A DNA stretch of 64,000 bases from Negaprion brevirostris (lineage: Eukaryota), in contig JARDVH010000025.1 of the NCBI GenBank assembly GCA_030324005.1, positions 45,031,504 through 45,095,503 on the forward strand, in the 5' to 3' direction. Position 1 is the first letter of the stretch, and each line of letters begins with the position of its first letter. The notes beneath the pieces were generated by a model. The model made no database searches. It saw nothing but the letters and a program-made list of their open reading frames with translations, and had not been told where the DNA came from. Both the position numbers and the translations under genes were made by a program. Positions 25,863 through 39,417 of the stretch are shown here, piece by piece.

Positions 25863-27698
25863 TGGAAATGTTTTATCCTTTTGTCCAAATGGCCATTTTC
25901 TTGTGCCAGCCTACATTATTACATTCATTTTTACAGCTTTCCATTGTGGTGAGTTGAACTCCTGAGCCCTGAATTGTTAGTCCATTACTATCACTTTAGC
26001 AAATACCATAGAAGAGGCTTCCTCAAATGAGTGTTTAAATACTTCACCTAAATCCAATCCACTTTGTGACCAAATTAAAATCCTTCCATGCCTTGTATTG
26101 GAGCATACATGAGAATATTTTACATCGCTCTTGTCAGAAAGCGCAGAGGCCGTTTCACCCATTCCACGGTTGCCTTTTGGACACTTCCAATTATGTTTAT
26201 TGGCACTGCTCATTAGATTTGGAAGCATATCCTGTTAGCTGATATTAAACCTTCATTTTAATTCTCCCTTCTCTTCAGTTATACTACTCAGCTATCTGAA
26301 GAAGGAAATAGATTATTCAAAGTGGTAAGATCATCTTCATTCTGTGAATAGAGCGATACTTACCACACCATCATCCCATCCACTTATCACCACAGGCCTT
26401 GGTGAAAGATGAGCTATTTAGTTTTAGGAGAATATCTGCAAGTTAGTTGCTGCAGCCCAGGTCAAATCAAAATTTGTGCAGGCATGGTGTCTGTCTTTAA
26501 AAAGAAGGAAACTGTGGACCCCTTTTCAGAATGATACAGAAGACCATTTCTTTTGTGTTTCGCATATATACTCTCTAAAAAACCAATTTGAAAAGCACAG
26601 AGGAGTTTGTGAAGATTTGTCTCTATTCAAAGAATGAAAGAGAAAAAGACTGGCGTTCTGAGGCACTTTGCAGAGATGCAAGGAAAGATGAACACTTAGT
26701 CAAAGAAAGAAATTTAAGAAAAAGGATTAAATGCTTGATCAGAAAGGTGGATTTTAAGGATGGATTTAAAGCAGGAAAACGGAATGGTTAGGTGGGTGGT
26801 GAGTGAGTGTATTACAGAGTGTTGGACACAGACAGCTAAAAGCATGGTTAAATACGATGGGGCAAAGCAAAAGAGGTGGGGGATACACAAAGAAACCTGA
26901 GCCACAAGAGCTAAAAATTTGAAGGGGCCATTGGTTCGGATGAGATAGCACACTCTATCAGCTTATATATCTATTTTTCTATGGTTCCCTTCACAATGGA
27001 TGAGCTCCGTATGTTTATAATCTTCTATTTGCAGTAATTGATGCTAAAGTTATGTGACTGATGCAGCTTAGGTTTTCCAATGACAAGAGAAAATGCAAGA
27101 GCAAAGGTTAAGTGATTTATGAGTGCCAGATGCATACTGTCATTATTTAACTCCTTGCACAGTATCTATTTTATATGTTTATGTACTTTAACAATTTAAA
27201 TGCGCTATGTTTTACTATTGTATGTGCAGTGTGATGTGCATGACTTTGTTTTGACATCTTCATTGTTCATCAGCTGTTCATAATTGTGTTCGTGACATTT
27301 GAGTCCGGTGTCTTCTAATTGGTGTTCAGATGTATTGTGATAATTGTGAGATTGACAATAGAAGATGATTGCATGGGTGGTCTGCAATAGGTTACTGAAG
27401 AACGTGACATTCAGTGTTTATTATATGGAAGTTGTGTGGAGTCCTTACAAGAAAGAGTAATGGCATTCAGATGATATGCTATGGTATGATGGTTATAACA
27501 GTTTTCAGAACTCTTAGATATCACTAGGGCCTTTCATAGGTTTCTTGGCATAAATGCACATGTCATGGTATGTGTTTTTCCTATAAATTTATGTTCTAAA
27601 GGTTTTTTTGTGCCTACCTGTCAGAAAGGCAACTGTCAATGTGCTTTTGATTGTTATTGCTTAGTAAAATAATCACAATTTACTAACATGAAGTCATT

Positions 27699-28018
27699 GG
27701 GCTGAATTTTCCCAGGTTTTCCATTTTCTTTACAAACTCAAAACCTGACATGCCCTCAGTGGGCTTCCGAAATCCCGCACCACCAGACAAAAGTGGTATG
27801 TGGGAGGAAATCTGATTTTTCACCCCCCACTTAAAATAGGGAGCACAACTTCATTGGGGTTTAGGTGGGTGTCTTGCGGCTTAGATATTCTCACCCTGCA
27901 AAAAGGTCAGTGGAAAATGGTTTTCAGGACTCTAGTGGAAAATCAGGCTTCCTCCAAATGAAAAGTGGCGATTCATGCATTGAAGCACATCTTTGCACCC
28001 AGATGAAAGTTCAACTCT
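27699..28018. mobile_element. Putative MITE with degenerate TIRs
   Basis: Starts GGGCTGAATTTTC and ends GAAAGTTCAACTC (imperfect inverted ends). Confidence 0.35.
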
Positions 28019-31000
28019 AGTAATGTTAACAGATATTAGGACAGGTAATCAAAAGCAGTGTCTCTCAGCAGGATATTCTGAGTTCACAGTTTGACTGAGA
28101 GCTTAAAGAGACTATTGAAGGCCTTCGATGTGGGATCTGAATAGAATAGAATTTACAATAACCATGTGAGGTTTAAAAGCCTTGAATGGATTTTCTGAAC
28201 TTTCATAGGAGTGGGAGTTGTATAAGTCTGTTAGAATTTTTTTTCTTTTCTCCACATGCCTCCTGAGGTTTTCCTATGGTAGATATCTGGCAGAGTGACT
28301 ATTGAGATGGTGTGGAGGGCTGAGGTGACGGGGAGGGGGCATGAGATGGTACAAAGAGTATGAGGGAACAAGAGGTGGGGGTGAGGAATATGAGTTGGTA
28401 TGAGGGTGGTGGGGTGGTTGTGTGTGGGGGTGAGGGCTAGAAGGCCTAACAACTTCGTAAACTACTGGATGTTCCAGACAACCAAACCAGACCTTCTAAC
28501 CAGCCCACCTTGGCATTCACCTGCCCCCATTGCTACCTACGCTCTGTTCCTGCGGACTGTAGGCCCCACATCTGTACCTGCCAACCACCCCACCCCACGA
28601 CAAAAATCAGCACATTCTGGATACTTTTTACCAAAGCGGGCCCAGCAAGTCAGGAAAATTCCTGACTCGAGCTACAAGCTCGATAACTAGTCCTCAGTCT
28701 TTAACTGTTAGTGAAATCACCATCACCATTAAAAGGCTAGATATGAATACCACACTGCCACTGCTAAGATAGTCCCATTGCATGGGCATGAACAAAGAAA
28801 AGGAAGGTGCAGTGCAAAGGAAAGGCTGGTTTAAAAAAAACCCAAAAATCTTTTGATTTTATATGTTGCTTTAAGTGATTGATTTAAATATACAGCAGTA
28901 GACTTTGCTTTTGTTACAGGTTAAATGTATTTTGTAGATTTTTTTAGAGGATAAAAATTTTTGGTGTGTTTTTTAATTTTGGGGTTTAGAGATTAATTGA
29001 GTGGGTGATAATATCGGTGTTGTAAACTCTTGATTTTTTTTTAACTATGTGTGGGCTAGATAAGTGTCAATAATATGTCATGTGTATGCTTTTCTTGTGA
29101 GAAAAGAGAGGCTGTAGTGGGAGATGAAAGGCAACTGTAATGTTGAAATGATATAACAACATATGTGTAAGAGACAGTTATTCTTTCAGTTTTGTCATGG
29201 TGATATACATTTTATTATTTCAAAAACACTCTAGTGAGATAAGATGCTAAATATGAGAGTGCACCTACTCATGCTGCATTATCTCTTGGAATTGCTTACT
29301 CCAAAGTAAAATATTGTCCCATTTTTTTTCCACAGCAGCTAGGTTTGATTTATGTACTCATTTGTTTTATTTTGCCCGGTAATTTTACACTGTGGCATAT
29401 CTTCCCAAGTTCTGGCCGCTTGATTTTTCATACGAGAACACCTTATAAAGTGGCAGGATTTCTACATCAGATTAAACTGAACAGAGCAGGAGAAGGAACC
29501 TGAATTGTATCCAGTGTGCGGGGAGTTGTTGTTTATCTATTCAGTGATGTGCTTATCCAAGTCAGCCTCTGACACCAAATGAAAGAGATGAACAACCAAA
29601 TTAAATCCTAATGATTTTGGTTTATTCTGCTGCCAAAAAAAGAAAATTATCAAAATGATCCTTGTCCCCACCTTCCCTCCACCAACCCCACCCCACCCCA
29701 CCCCCCCCCCCACACACTCTGGTATTAAGTAGATACAAGAAAGTAAATTAATTCAGNNNNNNNNNNNNNNNNNNNNNNNNNNNNNNNNNNNNNNNNNNNN
29801 NNNNNNNNNNNNNNNNNNNNNNNNNNNNNNNNNNNNNNNNNNNNNNNNNNNNNNNNAGTGTGAATGGTGAATTAAATTTTAAATGAATACAGGAAAGTAC
29901 TGTGCACCATCTGACATGAGCCTGAGCACCATACATTGAACATAAAATACTATGGACAACTTAGAGTTTTGGATCAAAGCAAAAATAACAGTATAACTAA
30001 GGAGAGGATTGAATGCAGCAGATCGAGGTGTGAGACTACCATCCCCCTCTGAAGACCATCTCATTCCAGCATTATTTCTCCTGGGTCGTTTCTGTGGTAT
30101 TTTTCTAAATAGTGAAATAATCTATCTGTTTAATTTTATGACTTAACCTTTCTTCTTTCAGTCTGTGGCTCATTTTGAGCAAGGTGGAAAGTTTCAAACT
30201 CAGGTTTAGAGTTGAATAGTAAATGGAGTCCGGTGACTCATTTATTCTGCTGTTTTCAATCCTTGTTTCCATCTCCAACTCTGAATCCCCCTGGATCTGT
30301 GAATGATATGGAAACAGAGAATAGTAGAGATGCATTTCAAGGGAAGCGAGACATGAATTTGAGGGTGAAAGGAATAGAAGGATATGTTGATGGGGTTTGT
30401 TGAGGAAGAACAGAAGTAAACTTACGTGAAGCATAAACCCTGTCATGGATCTACTTGATCAGCTAGTTTCAGTGCTGTAAATATTTGATAACCCTAATAA
30501 TTTCGGGTGAAATGAATGAATGTAACTATGTTAACAACTGCTCTGAACAACGACTAATCTCAATTTGTCATTTCACCACAAAGATTTGCTACATAACCAA
30601 TAAGGTCCTGATAAATTCTTGTATGATTTGATTTATTCTATTCTACAAAAACCCAATTCTGCATAGGGGATGAAACGATGTGACTAACTATAGTTCTACA
30701 GCAGTAATCAGTTAGTTAATTGAATTGTAGCCTTATTGCATCCACAGTATACATTACTCTGTATGTTATACATGCAGATACTCCAGTTAACTGTGACTAG
30801 AATCCTTTGGCTGACAGTGGTCAGTACTGTTCACTCCTGCCACTCTATGTGGTTTGCTATTGACAGTTTCTCTGGTTTGTCTGATCTGTGAATGTCACAG
30901 TTGCCACTTTATTTCTGGGACACCACTGATCTATTCTGGTGCCACACAGCAGCCTTGCATGTTAGTGAAAGGTCTCAGCATTTTCAAGATTTCTCCTTAG

Positions 31001-31276
31001 GGAGAGGTGTTCAGAGGCAGAGAGCCCCTGGTAACTGCGATCTGTGCAGATTCACATCTAGAGGGAACTGCATTTTGAGCCTGTAATGATTTGTTTGGCC
31101 ATGAGCTAATCGATGGTCTGAATACCCTGGGACTCATTAAACTGCATTTGTGGTAGATGTAACCTAAGTTTAGAGCAGTATTTTGAGAAAGGCAGTGACA
31201 GGCTTTAATGCCTAATTGACCTCTTTTCCCTTTGTTTCTCTATACACGTTGCCTCTGATGTGTCCCATAACGGCAG

Positions 31277-31348
31277 CAAACAGCACTGCTCAGCATTCTG
31301 AACTTCTGCTTGGAACTTCAGCACCTCAGCCTTGGCAGCTGTGTCATG
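31277..31348 (+). CDS. FBXL4: FBXL4 72-bp coding exon (too short for the ORF track)
   Basis: cggcag|CAA...ATG|gtaaga; translates [24 protein letters not shown]; phase 0-0. Confidence 0.95.
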
Positions 31349-31911
31349 GTAAGAACTTGGAGTTGCATGAACTAATCATTTTCTTTTAAGGTCAAGCATA
31401 GTCTTATTTGAGAGCGCTGACAAATCTCCAAAGCTCCTATTTCCATTTTGTAACATTTTTAAAAGAAAACATTTCATAGAACATTATTATATTTCACAAT
31501 AACCATTTGTCTCATTTATATATAAAGTATGGAACAAAAAAAAACTTTAGCATAGATGTGGTGTCACATTAAGGTAATTTTACCATTACCTTAAGTAATA
31601 CTTAACTGATAATTTTGTTCCAAGTATGAATGAGAGAACAGACAGTGAGTAAATTAACTGATCATTTAGGCTTGGGTGACCTATCCCATACTTACATTAT
31701 TAATTTATCATTTGTGAAAAGTTGATCTGCCGTATTTTGTCACAACCAAATAATTTGAAAATCTAAAGGAGCAAAGGAATTCTGCCACATTTTGTCAGAA
31801 CCAAATCATTCTAAAATCTACAGATGCAAAAGATGCACAAGTATGCAATAGGTGAGGGATTTTCTTTTTTGTACTTAACACTTCCAATTTTAATCTTGTA
31901 TGTAAGAGGTG

Positions 31912-32130
31912 AGGGGACCGGTTAACTCAGTTGGCTGGATAGCTAGCATGTGGTTTAGAATGACACCAACAAAATAGGTTTGATTCCAGTTCTGGCTGAA
32001 CTAGATTGCAACCTGGCTCCTCATTCTGACCCTGAGAGTGGAAGGTAATGGCAAACTACCGACTGAAACGGTGAAGGAAATTGCTCGGGATCGGATTATG
32101 AGATGAGGATCTGCCTTCAGGCAGATCACA
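31912..32130 (+). mobile_element. Old tRNA-derived SINE fragment
   Basis: GGTTAACTCAGTTGG (A-box-like) and GGTTTGATTCC (B-box-like). Confidence 0.5.
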
Positions 32131-34462
32131 CATGACATGGCATGTAAAAGGTGTAAATATAAAAACAAACAGGAGCTTGCTAAAGATTTACAGTTGTTTA
32201 GAATTAGATTTTTTTCTTTGAATTTTACTTTTTAAAGGTGGGCTTAAATGCCACAAGAAAAGGATGCAGAAACGATCCTTCATCTCTGGGGCAAAAAATT
32301 TTGTTTTGTTTTCATAAAAATATAGATATCTTTATTTTATTTTCTTACTACTAGCAGCCTGTGATTGCTCCAAACAAACATTTTTATTTATATTTCAGTA
32401 AATGTCTGAGATCATGTTCAGATGTTTTCTGAAATGCCATTTACAGTGAATCCCATCAGTTATTTGGTGGCAATGATTATTTTAAAGTAAGCTTTTTAAA
32501 CACAATATCAAGGCTCACAAACTTTATCTGTATTTGAGAAAAGGGTTGTAAAAATGGTCTACAATCTTTACAAGCATGTTTACAATTATAGTCAAAGCTT
32601 TCTGTGCCCAAGTCAGCAAAGCAATTCCTTCAAAAAAAAATGTTCTTCCCTTCATAGTTTATGCCTTTTCAATGACTTTAAAGGAGATCGGCTAACGCAA
32701 GTGGGAGGTTGGTTTTATTAGAAATGCTGTTATAAGGTTCGACTCCATACTGCAGGTTAACTTTGGCATCTTCCCACTGATCTTTTTTAGGAATATGCAA
32801 GACTCTTAACTCAGGCAAACATGGGTGTTAGTGAATTATCATAGTTCCTCTCATGAGGGGAAAATAACACAAAACGTTCTGTACTTGCAGCCGAGTTCTG
32901 TGAATATTGTTGACCTTGAGATTAAAATCCTCTCAGGATAAAATCAGAAGTGTACACTCTTTGGTTGATGAGTTCACACTTAATTATTTTACATTTCACT
33001 AGGGTGAAATATTATTTTCAGACATTTTTGAAAATAGCAGCAATTCCCTGGGCTAAAATATCTGATTTGCATTTCACCATCAATTCAATGCAATGTAATT
33101 TTAAACAAAATATTTTGAATGAACTAAAATAGCTAGAATTTGAGCTACTGTAATCTGAAGAGTTTTTTTTTGCAACTTTTATTTTACCACCACATCCCTG
33201 TAACAGGAATCAAACTATCCTTTACCATCAGTAAATAAATCAATTGCATAATTTTTAATAAAAGTAAAGGGCACTGACTTTGAAATTGTTTTGTCAGGAG
33301 AACTTCATTTGAATGAAGTTTCTTTTTCTGCTGTTTGGTGGAGATGTTAACCTAAAATAAATATCTAAAGTGTCTGTTAAATAGCATCAGAGAAGAATTT
33401 CAGACAGATGCATTAAATGCTTTTAAGTTGGTCTTCCACAGCGTGGTTTCAAATATCTTGAATAGTAAACTATTAGCCCCATAATTGTGAGAACTGTAGC
33501 AGCCTGTGAAACTAATGTATATATCCAGTTCTTAAGAATATTCAAACATTCTGAGGCTCTTGTGATGTGACTCGGGTGTTAACAAGGGTAGGGTACAGGA
33601 TCTTTTGGACCAGTATAATCCAACAAACATTTTCATTTAATTTGGTTGTGGGAAGATAAGCTTGGATATATGAGAAATATTTGTGATTAATTTATATAGT
33701 TCTGCAATTTTCTTTTAAATAAGTGCATCAGTTCTGCATTTTATAGCCCTCTCTTTTGGATTTACCCTGAAATATTCAACAATGCATTTTCTAAGCTGCA
33801 ATTCTTTCACAGCAAAATAACGAGTAACCTGAGGAAAATGTGTATCTTTTTATATAGGGGAAGAAAAGGCCAGTGGAGGGAGATTAATTTCTGTTTTAAA
33901 TGCTCCATGTGTTTCTCTTCTGGGAGAAGAAAAATGTCTATTACTTCTTTGTTTCAGGATGTTTCCTGACATTTTGGGGTCTGCTACCCTCAGAACTGCT
34001 CTGTTGATGTTACTAGTATTTGTTTCTGGAGCAGCTTCATTCATTTTAATGTCCCCCCTTCCCCCTCCCCCAATTTGAAAGTCTGCTTGACAGCACATAT
34101 TGCCACCTTCCATGGAAAGAATAATTATTTAGAGATCATTTTGTTACCTTCCTACCATGATGTGTATTGCCATCTGAACAACAGATTGGTAGAATAAGCC
34201 GAGGGCCACTCTTACTACAAATCATGTCAGTGAAAATAATTTCTTATTGAGAGGAAAAGCACATTTGATTGGTTTGGTATTGGCAGAGCAAGTGTTGGCT
34301 GTATTATATTATTTGTACAGTGCACACCCTTGCATAAATCCCCAAAATTGCCTTCATGAAAGTGCATTTTCTTTTGTCAGAACACAGTTCCTAAAGAGCA
34401 TGAAAAACAGTTACCCAAATGAGATTTGGATCACTATTGATTGTTGACCTTCTGCTGTCTAG

Positions 34463-34775
34463 GTTGATGACTATGACCTTGTGGCTAGCATGATTGGTGC
34501 CAAGTGTAAAAAGCTACGATCACTCGATCTGTGGCGATGCAAAAATATCACAGAAAATGGCATCGCTGCTATAGTATCTGGCTGTCGGCTCCTGGAAGAA
34601 CTAGACCTTGGGTGGTGCCCGACGTTACAGAGCAGTACAGGATGCTTTATAAAGCTTGCTCGCAAACTACCCAACTTACGCAAGATCTTTTTGACAGCCA
34701 ATAGATCTGTCTGTGACACAGATATCGAGGAGCTGGCCGCAAATTGCCCTCGTCTGTTCCATGTGGATATATTAG
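34463..34775 (+). CDS. FBXL4: FBXL4 coding exon (LRRs), 313 bp
   Basis: tctag acceptor; [104 protein letters not shown](G); G|gtaagg donor, phase 1. Confidence 0.97.
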
Positions 34776-37202
34776 GTAAGGAAATAATTTAGCAGACTGA
34801 CTTGTGAATGTGATTTGGAATTCTGCATCTTTCATAAAACAAAAAATGGTTTGATTTCAAAAATGATCGCAAAATATGTTTTCCCTTGTAATTCAGTTTC
34901 CAGTTTCTTGGTCACACCTGTTGAATTCTTTCAGAAAGCATTCATCTTTCATTTACTAAGCTCAGTATCAACCAGGTGTGTACTGCCCCACTGAAATTGG
35001 ACACATGATAAATATTCATGCTATGGTAAAGTTTCCAGGAAAAGCAGAAAGATCTCGACTTTTAAATGAAAGTTTTATTTTAGTTTCTGATCCAGCTTCC
35101 AATCTATTTTTATATATTCTGAATTAGAAAACCAGGAATTCATTATGTCTGATCTATGCCTAATCTCTGTACAATAAAATTAAGCTGGTTTGTATTCTTT
35201 GCAGTTTGTGACATTTTGAATCGTGCTTAGAGACTACAATGTTATTTTAAAGCAATGCAGTTCTTGGTTATAATCCTCCCCTCCCCCATCCCTAATATAC
35301 TGAGGGAAATACTCTTATTAATTAAATGAATGTTATCAGTAAAACTGATAATCCCCTGCCTCCAAACACCCTAAGCAGCAGCTGTGTGCCAGTAGGGCAG
35401 GGTGGATACGAATGATAGTCTTACTAACCTTTGTTTCTTGTTAACTTAGTGCTGTGTGACCTGCACATAGCAACATTCAGGAAACTTCCACCAATGAAGA
35501 GAAATGAGCTTTGTTCACTTATACTGTGTTCACAAAAGATGCCTTCCTCAAAAAAGTCAGAAAAGACAAGCGTGTTAAATATCAAACACCTTTTCCTGCT
35601 AACGTCTGCAGCTGTATGTCATGTAGTACAAAGCTTTAGTGAACTTCATTNNNNNNNNNNTAGCAAGGCACACTATTTCTTGACTCTATTTTAGTAATTT
35701 AAAGCAGCATTTCAAAAAGAAGCACCCCATTCCTCTTCAGCTCAATATGTTGCATAAAAATAAACAAAAATCAAACTTGACCAAAAGAAATCTGATTCCT
35801 CTCCAGTTCTATATTTATATACATATATATAAAACAGACCTGTACTATAGCTCATATAGACAAATAATGAATTGCCGCAAGATCAAAAAATCCAGAGCGA
35901 GGACAAAGTAAACTTGAGCACATATATAATTTAGAGCAATGTTGCCCAGTGAGACTAATTGGGGATCCAGATGTCACTAATTGCATTTCTGATTAGTAAA
36001 TGAAAAAGACTAATAGACACCTATCTTGAGCATACGATCCTAACACCTAAATTTGTACAGTACTTTAATGTTTTTGGAAATTTATTGGTAAAATAGTATG
36101 TCAAAAAGCAGAACATACAAGTTTTCTCTTTTTACTGTGTCTTGGTTATTGCTTATTGGTCACCTATTAAAATGATGTGTAAGAGAGATAAATATGCCAC
36201 ACTGCAGCACAATAGAAGCAACAGCAACATTACATGGACAAGGGAGTTATCATCATGATCAAGCCGACCAACTGGAATAACCAGTCCAGACCGCCAGAAA
36301 AAAACCTAGTCCATCCAATAGTGAGCAGCTCCTGTGGAGACATCATAGTAAAGGGCAAGCAGCATCTACACTTTCTGGATGATATACAGGGATGGATATG
36401 GAAGGTATCATGTGAATCGACACTTTCAGCAATCACTCTGGATTAAGACAGAAAACACCACTCTGAGAATGCCTGGACAAAAGCCTAGGAGATGTATAAT
36501 ATGTTGGGGTAAAGACTAACATTTCAGTGGTGGTACTTTTTATGCCTGTGCATTAGCTCTTAGTGATTTATGTACATGTGCACCTAAGTCCCTTTGTTCA
36601 TTCACAGCACATAACATTGATTTAACATATCTGCAGTTTCTTTATTATCCATTATAGTTTTGCCTGCATCTATCTGATTTTCTGCATCTTTCTTTCCAAT
36701 TTCATTCCTTATTTTGCAGTTTGCTTTCATATCCTTATGTTTTTTCATATTCCCCCTTTTGACTTTTTTTATATTCTTTTGTGGCCTTTCATCACTCCAT
36801 TTGCTGGATTTCCACTTTTTGCATTTGGGTAAATTTTTTTTGCATTTGGGTAAACCTTTTCTTTTAGCTTAACTGTTTCATAACTCGTTTTCTTCCTCAA
36901 CCACACAAATGGATATTTTGTTTTTTCAGAAATGCCTTGGTTTTATATTGCATCGGTCATTTATTTGAACGCTTTCCATTGTTCGTCTGTCGGTTTATCC
37001 ATTGATGGTTAAGCCTAGTTTGTCGTGTTTAATTTATTTTCTGTCCGTCCAAAGTTTATTTTCTTAAATTTGAAACCTGGGGAAGCTAAGATGAAATTCA
37101 ATCATTTATGGTCATTCTTTGCAAGATTCTCTCTCACCATCGGACTGTTAACTAATTCAGATTTGTTATTCATCATCAAGTCTTGTATTAGTTTCTTTAT
37201 TT

Positions 37203-37695
37203 AGTCCTTTGAAAGGCTAGTCATGGCATAAATCAATCCCTACCTCCCAGACTGCCAGGATTCACTGCAGTTCACCTATTGCCACAACAGATCCACAGCG
37301 GACGCCGTCTCCCTGGCCCTACACTCAACCCTTGACCACCTAGATAACAAAAACACCTATGTTCATAGACTACAGCTCAGCCATTATTCTGATGACACTC
37401 ATCTCCAAACTTCATGGCCTGGGGCTTGGCTCCTCACTCTGCAACTGGATCCAAGACTTCCTAACCCACATACCGCAGTCAGTAAGGATAGGCAACAACA
37501 ACACCTCCATGATCATCCTTAACACCGGTGTTCCGCAAGGCTGTGTCCTCAGCCCTTACTATAATCCTTCTACACCTATGACTGTAAGACCAAATTCCCC
37601 ATCAACTCAATTTTCAAGTTTGGTGATGACACCATCTAGTTGGTCGGATCTCAAACAATGACGAGACGGAGCACAGGAAAGAGATAGAGAACCAG
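37203..37695 (+). mobile_element. Rex1/Babar-like LINE RT fragment
   Basis: [48 protein letters not shown]. Confidence 0.85.
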
Positions 37696-37922
37696 TCCTG
37701 GGGCCACTCATCATATTTTAATTTTATTAAAATCCTCCCTGCATACCTAATGCAGCTGCATGCCCATTTCTAGCGCAGGGCTGCCGATGCCAGAAATCTG
37801 GCGCTGAGGGAGGCGCTCAGGGCCGGACACCCAGTGCAGATCACGCTAATCCAGCCCCCCTGAAATCTCCCAGCCTTCAGTGCTAAAAAATTAGCACAGC
37901 AGGATGGGAGAGTCGCCTCATG

Positions 37923-37934
37923 CGTGTGTGTGTT

Positions 37935-37966
<32 letters not shown>
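37923..37966 (+). repeat. Compound (TG)n(AG)n microsatellite
   Basis: Seen directly. Confidence 0.9.
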
Positions 37967-37967
<1 letters not shown>

Positions 37968-39417
37968 AAGGGATGTTTTGGTTAGATGAAATCTATATTT
38001 CATCTATTTTCTTATTCCCTTTCAATGAGAATTTAATGTGGCAAGTACTGTCATCAGTAAAATAAAGACAAATTGCGATTCTGCCTTAAAACAATGTAAA
38101 CTTTGAGCTAAACTGAGTAAAAACAATTTGAATTATTCGTCCGCATATCTTTCAAAATTATTAGTTTGTGTTTGTAATTGAATACTGCTTGTAATATTCA
38201 ACAGGAAGGGATTTTGCAAATATTTTTCAGCAACAATGTCCGTTGGTTTTAATATTTAGCTGCTAGCAAAATAAACTGTTACCAGGAAGAGGGAAACTTC
38301 TTCCAAACTCTAGTTGCACACGAGGGATTCCTGGAGAAGATTTTTAGAAATCAATCATGGATGATGGATGAATGGAAATAAAGACGATGTGTTTACACAG
38401 TGCACTTTAAAGTGGCTTTCTTCAGTTTTGTTAATGAGAAATGCTGCACAGTCATGCAGGTAGAAGGCACAGCACTGTTTGCCTCAGGGGAATCGAGGTA
38501 GTCTATATAGCACTGCTTTGAAGTGGCAATACATGAACATTTTTAGCCCGCTAACCTCTCAATATTGCTGCAAATCAAATATTTTTTCTATTAAACATAC
38601 TCAAATATTCATTAGTTGCAATTTTTCCCACTTGTACAGTTCTGCGGCACTAAGAAATAAAAAAGGAAATGAGTGTACTTAGTATGCAAAGGTATGAATG
38701 TCAATGCAGTGATTATATTTTTACTGCTGTAGTTTGTGAAAATATTTAAACAAAGGTGCAAGAGAAATTATTTTAAAATTTCTGACTTCACAATGATTAC
38801 ATTGAACTGCCAACTTAAAATGATTGTGTACTCAAAAAAGTTACAAACCAAATCATTTGGGAAACATTGCAATTTGTATGTGCTTACCAACATCTTCATC
38901 TTGTGCACTATCTTGTCAGTAATCTAAATGCAGGGTTCTATTTAACAGGTATTGATGCTCTAGCCAAAGACAAGTGCATATTTCATAGCAGGGCAACTGA
39001 AAGGTTATTTATGCTGTGATGATGTGGATTGTCCATTCCTTACTTGTTATTCTGGGGTATTTACTTGGGTCATTGTATTTATCTTGCAAGTGTGGGACCA
39101 TTTTTGCAACTGTGGGATAGTATTCAGTGCTTTTTAATTTTACAGAATTGAAGCATTTTACCTGTAAATTGTCATTAAGTTTAAGAAAAATTTCACGATT
39201 GAAATGTGTGTGGTTGTGATGCCCACCCCGTGCATGTGCCCCCAGCAAGACATTTCTTTATCAATTTCAAAGATTTTTTTCCTTCTCTTTCTTTTCTGCC
39301 TTCTTTCATTCCTGTCTCTCACTTTCTGAAAAAAAAAAGACTTGTTGCACTGTCGGAGGTCAACTTCATTCTTTCTCATGTTGTTCCTTTGTTCCTCATG
39401 TTGTCTTCAATGTTGTT

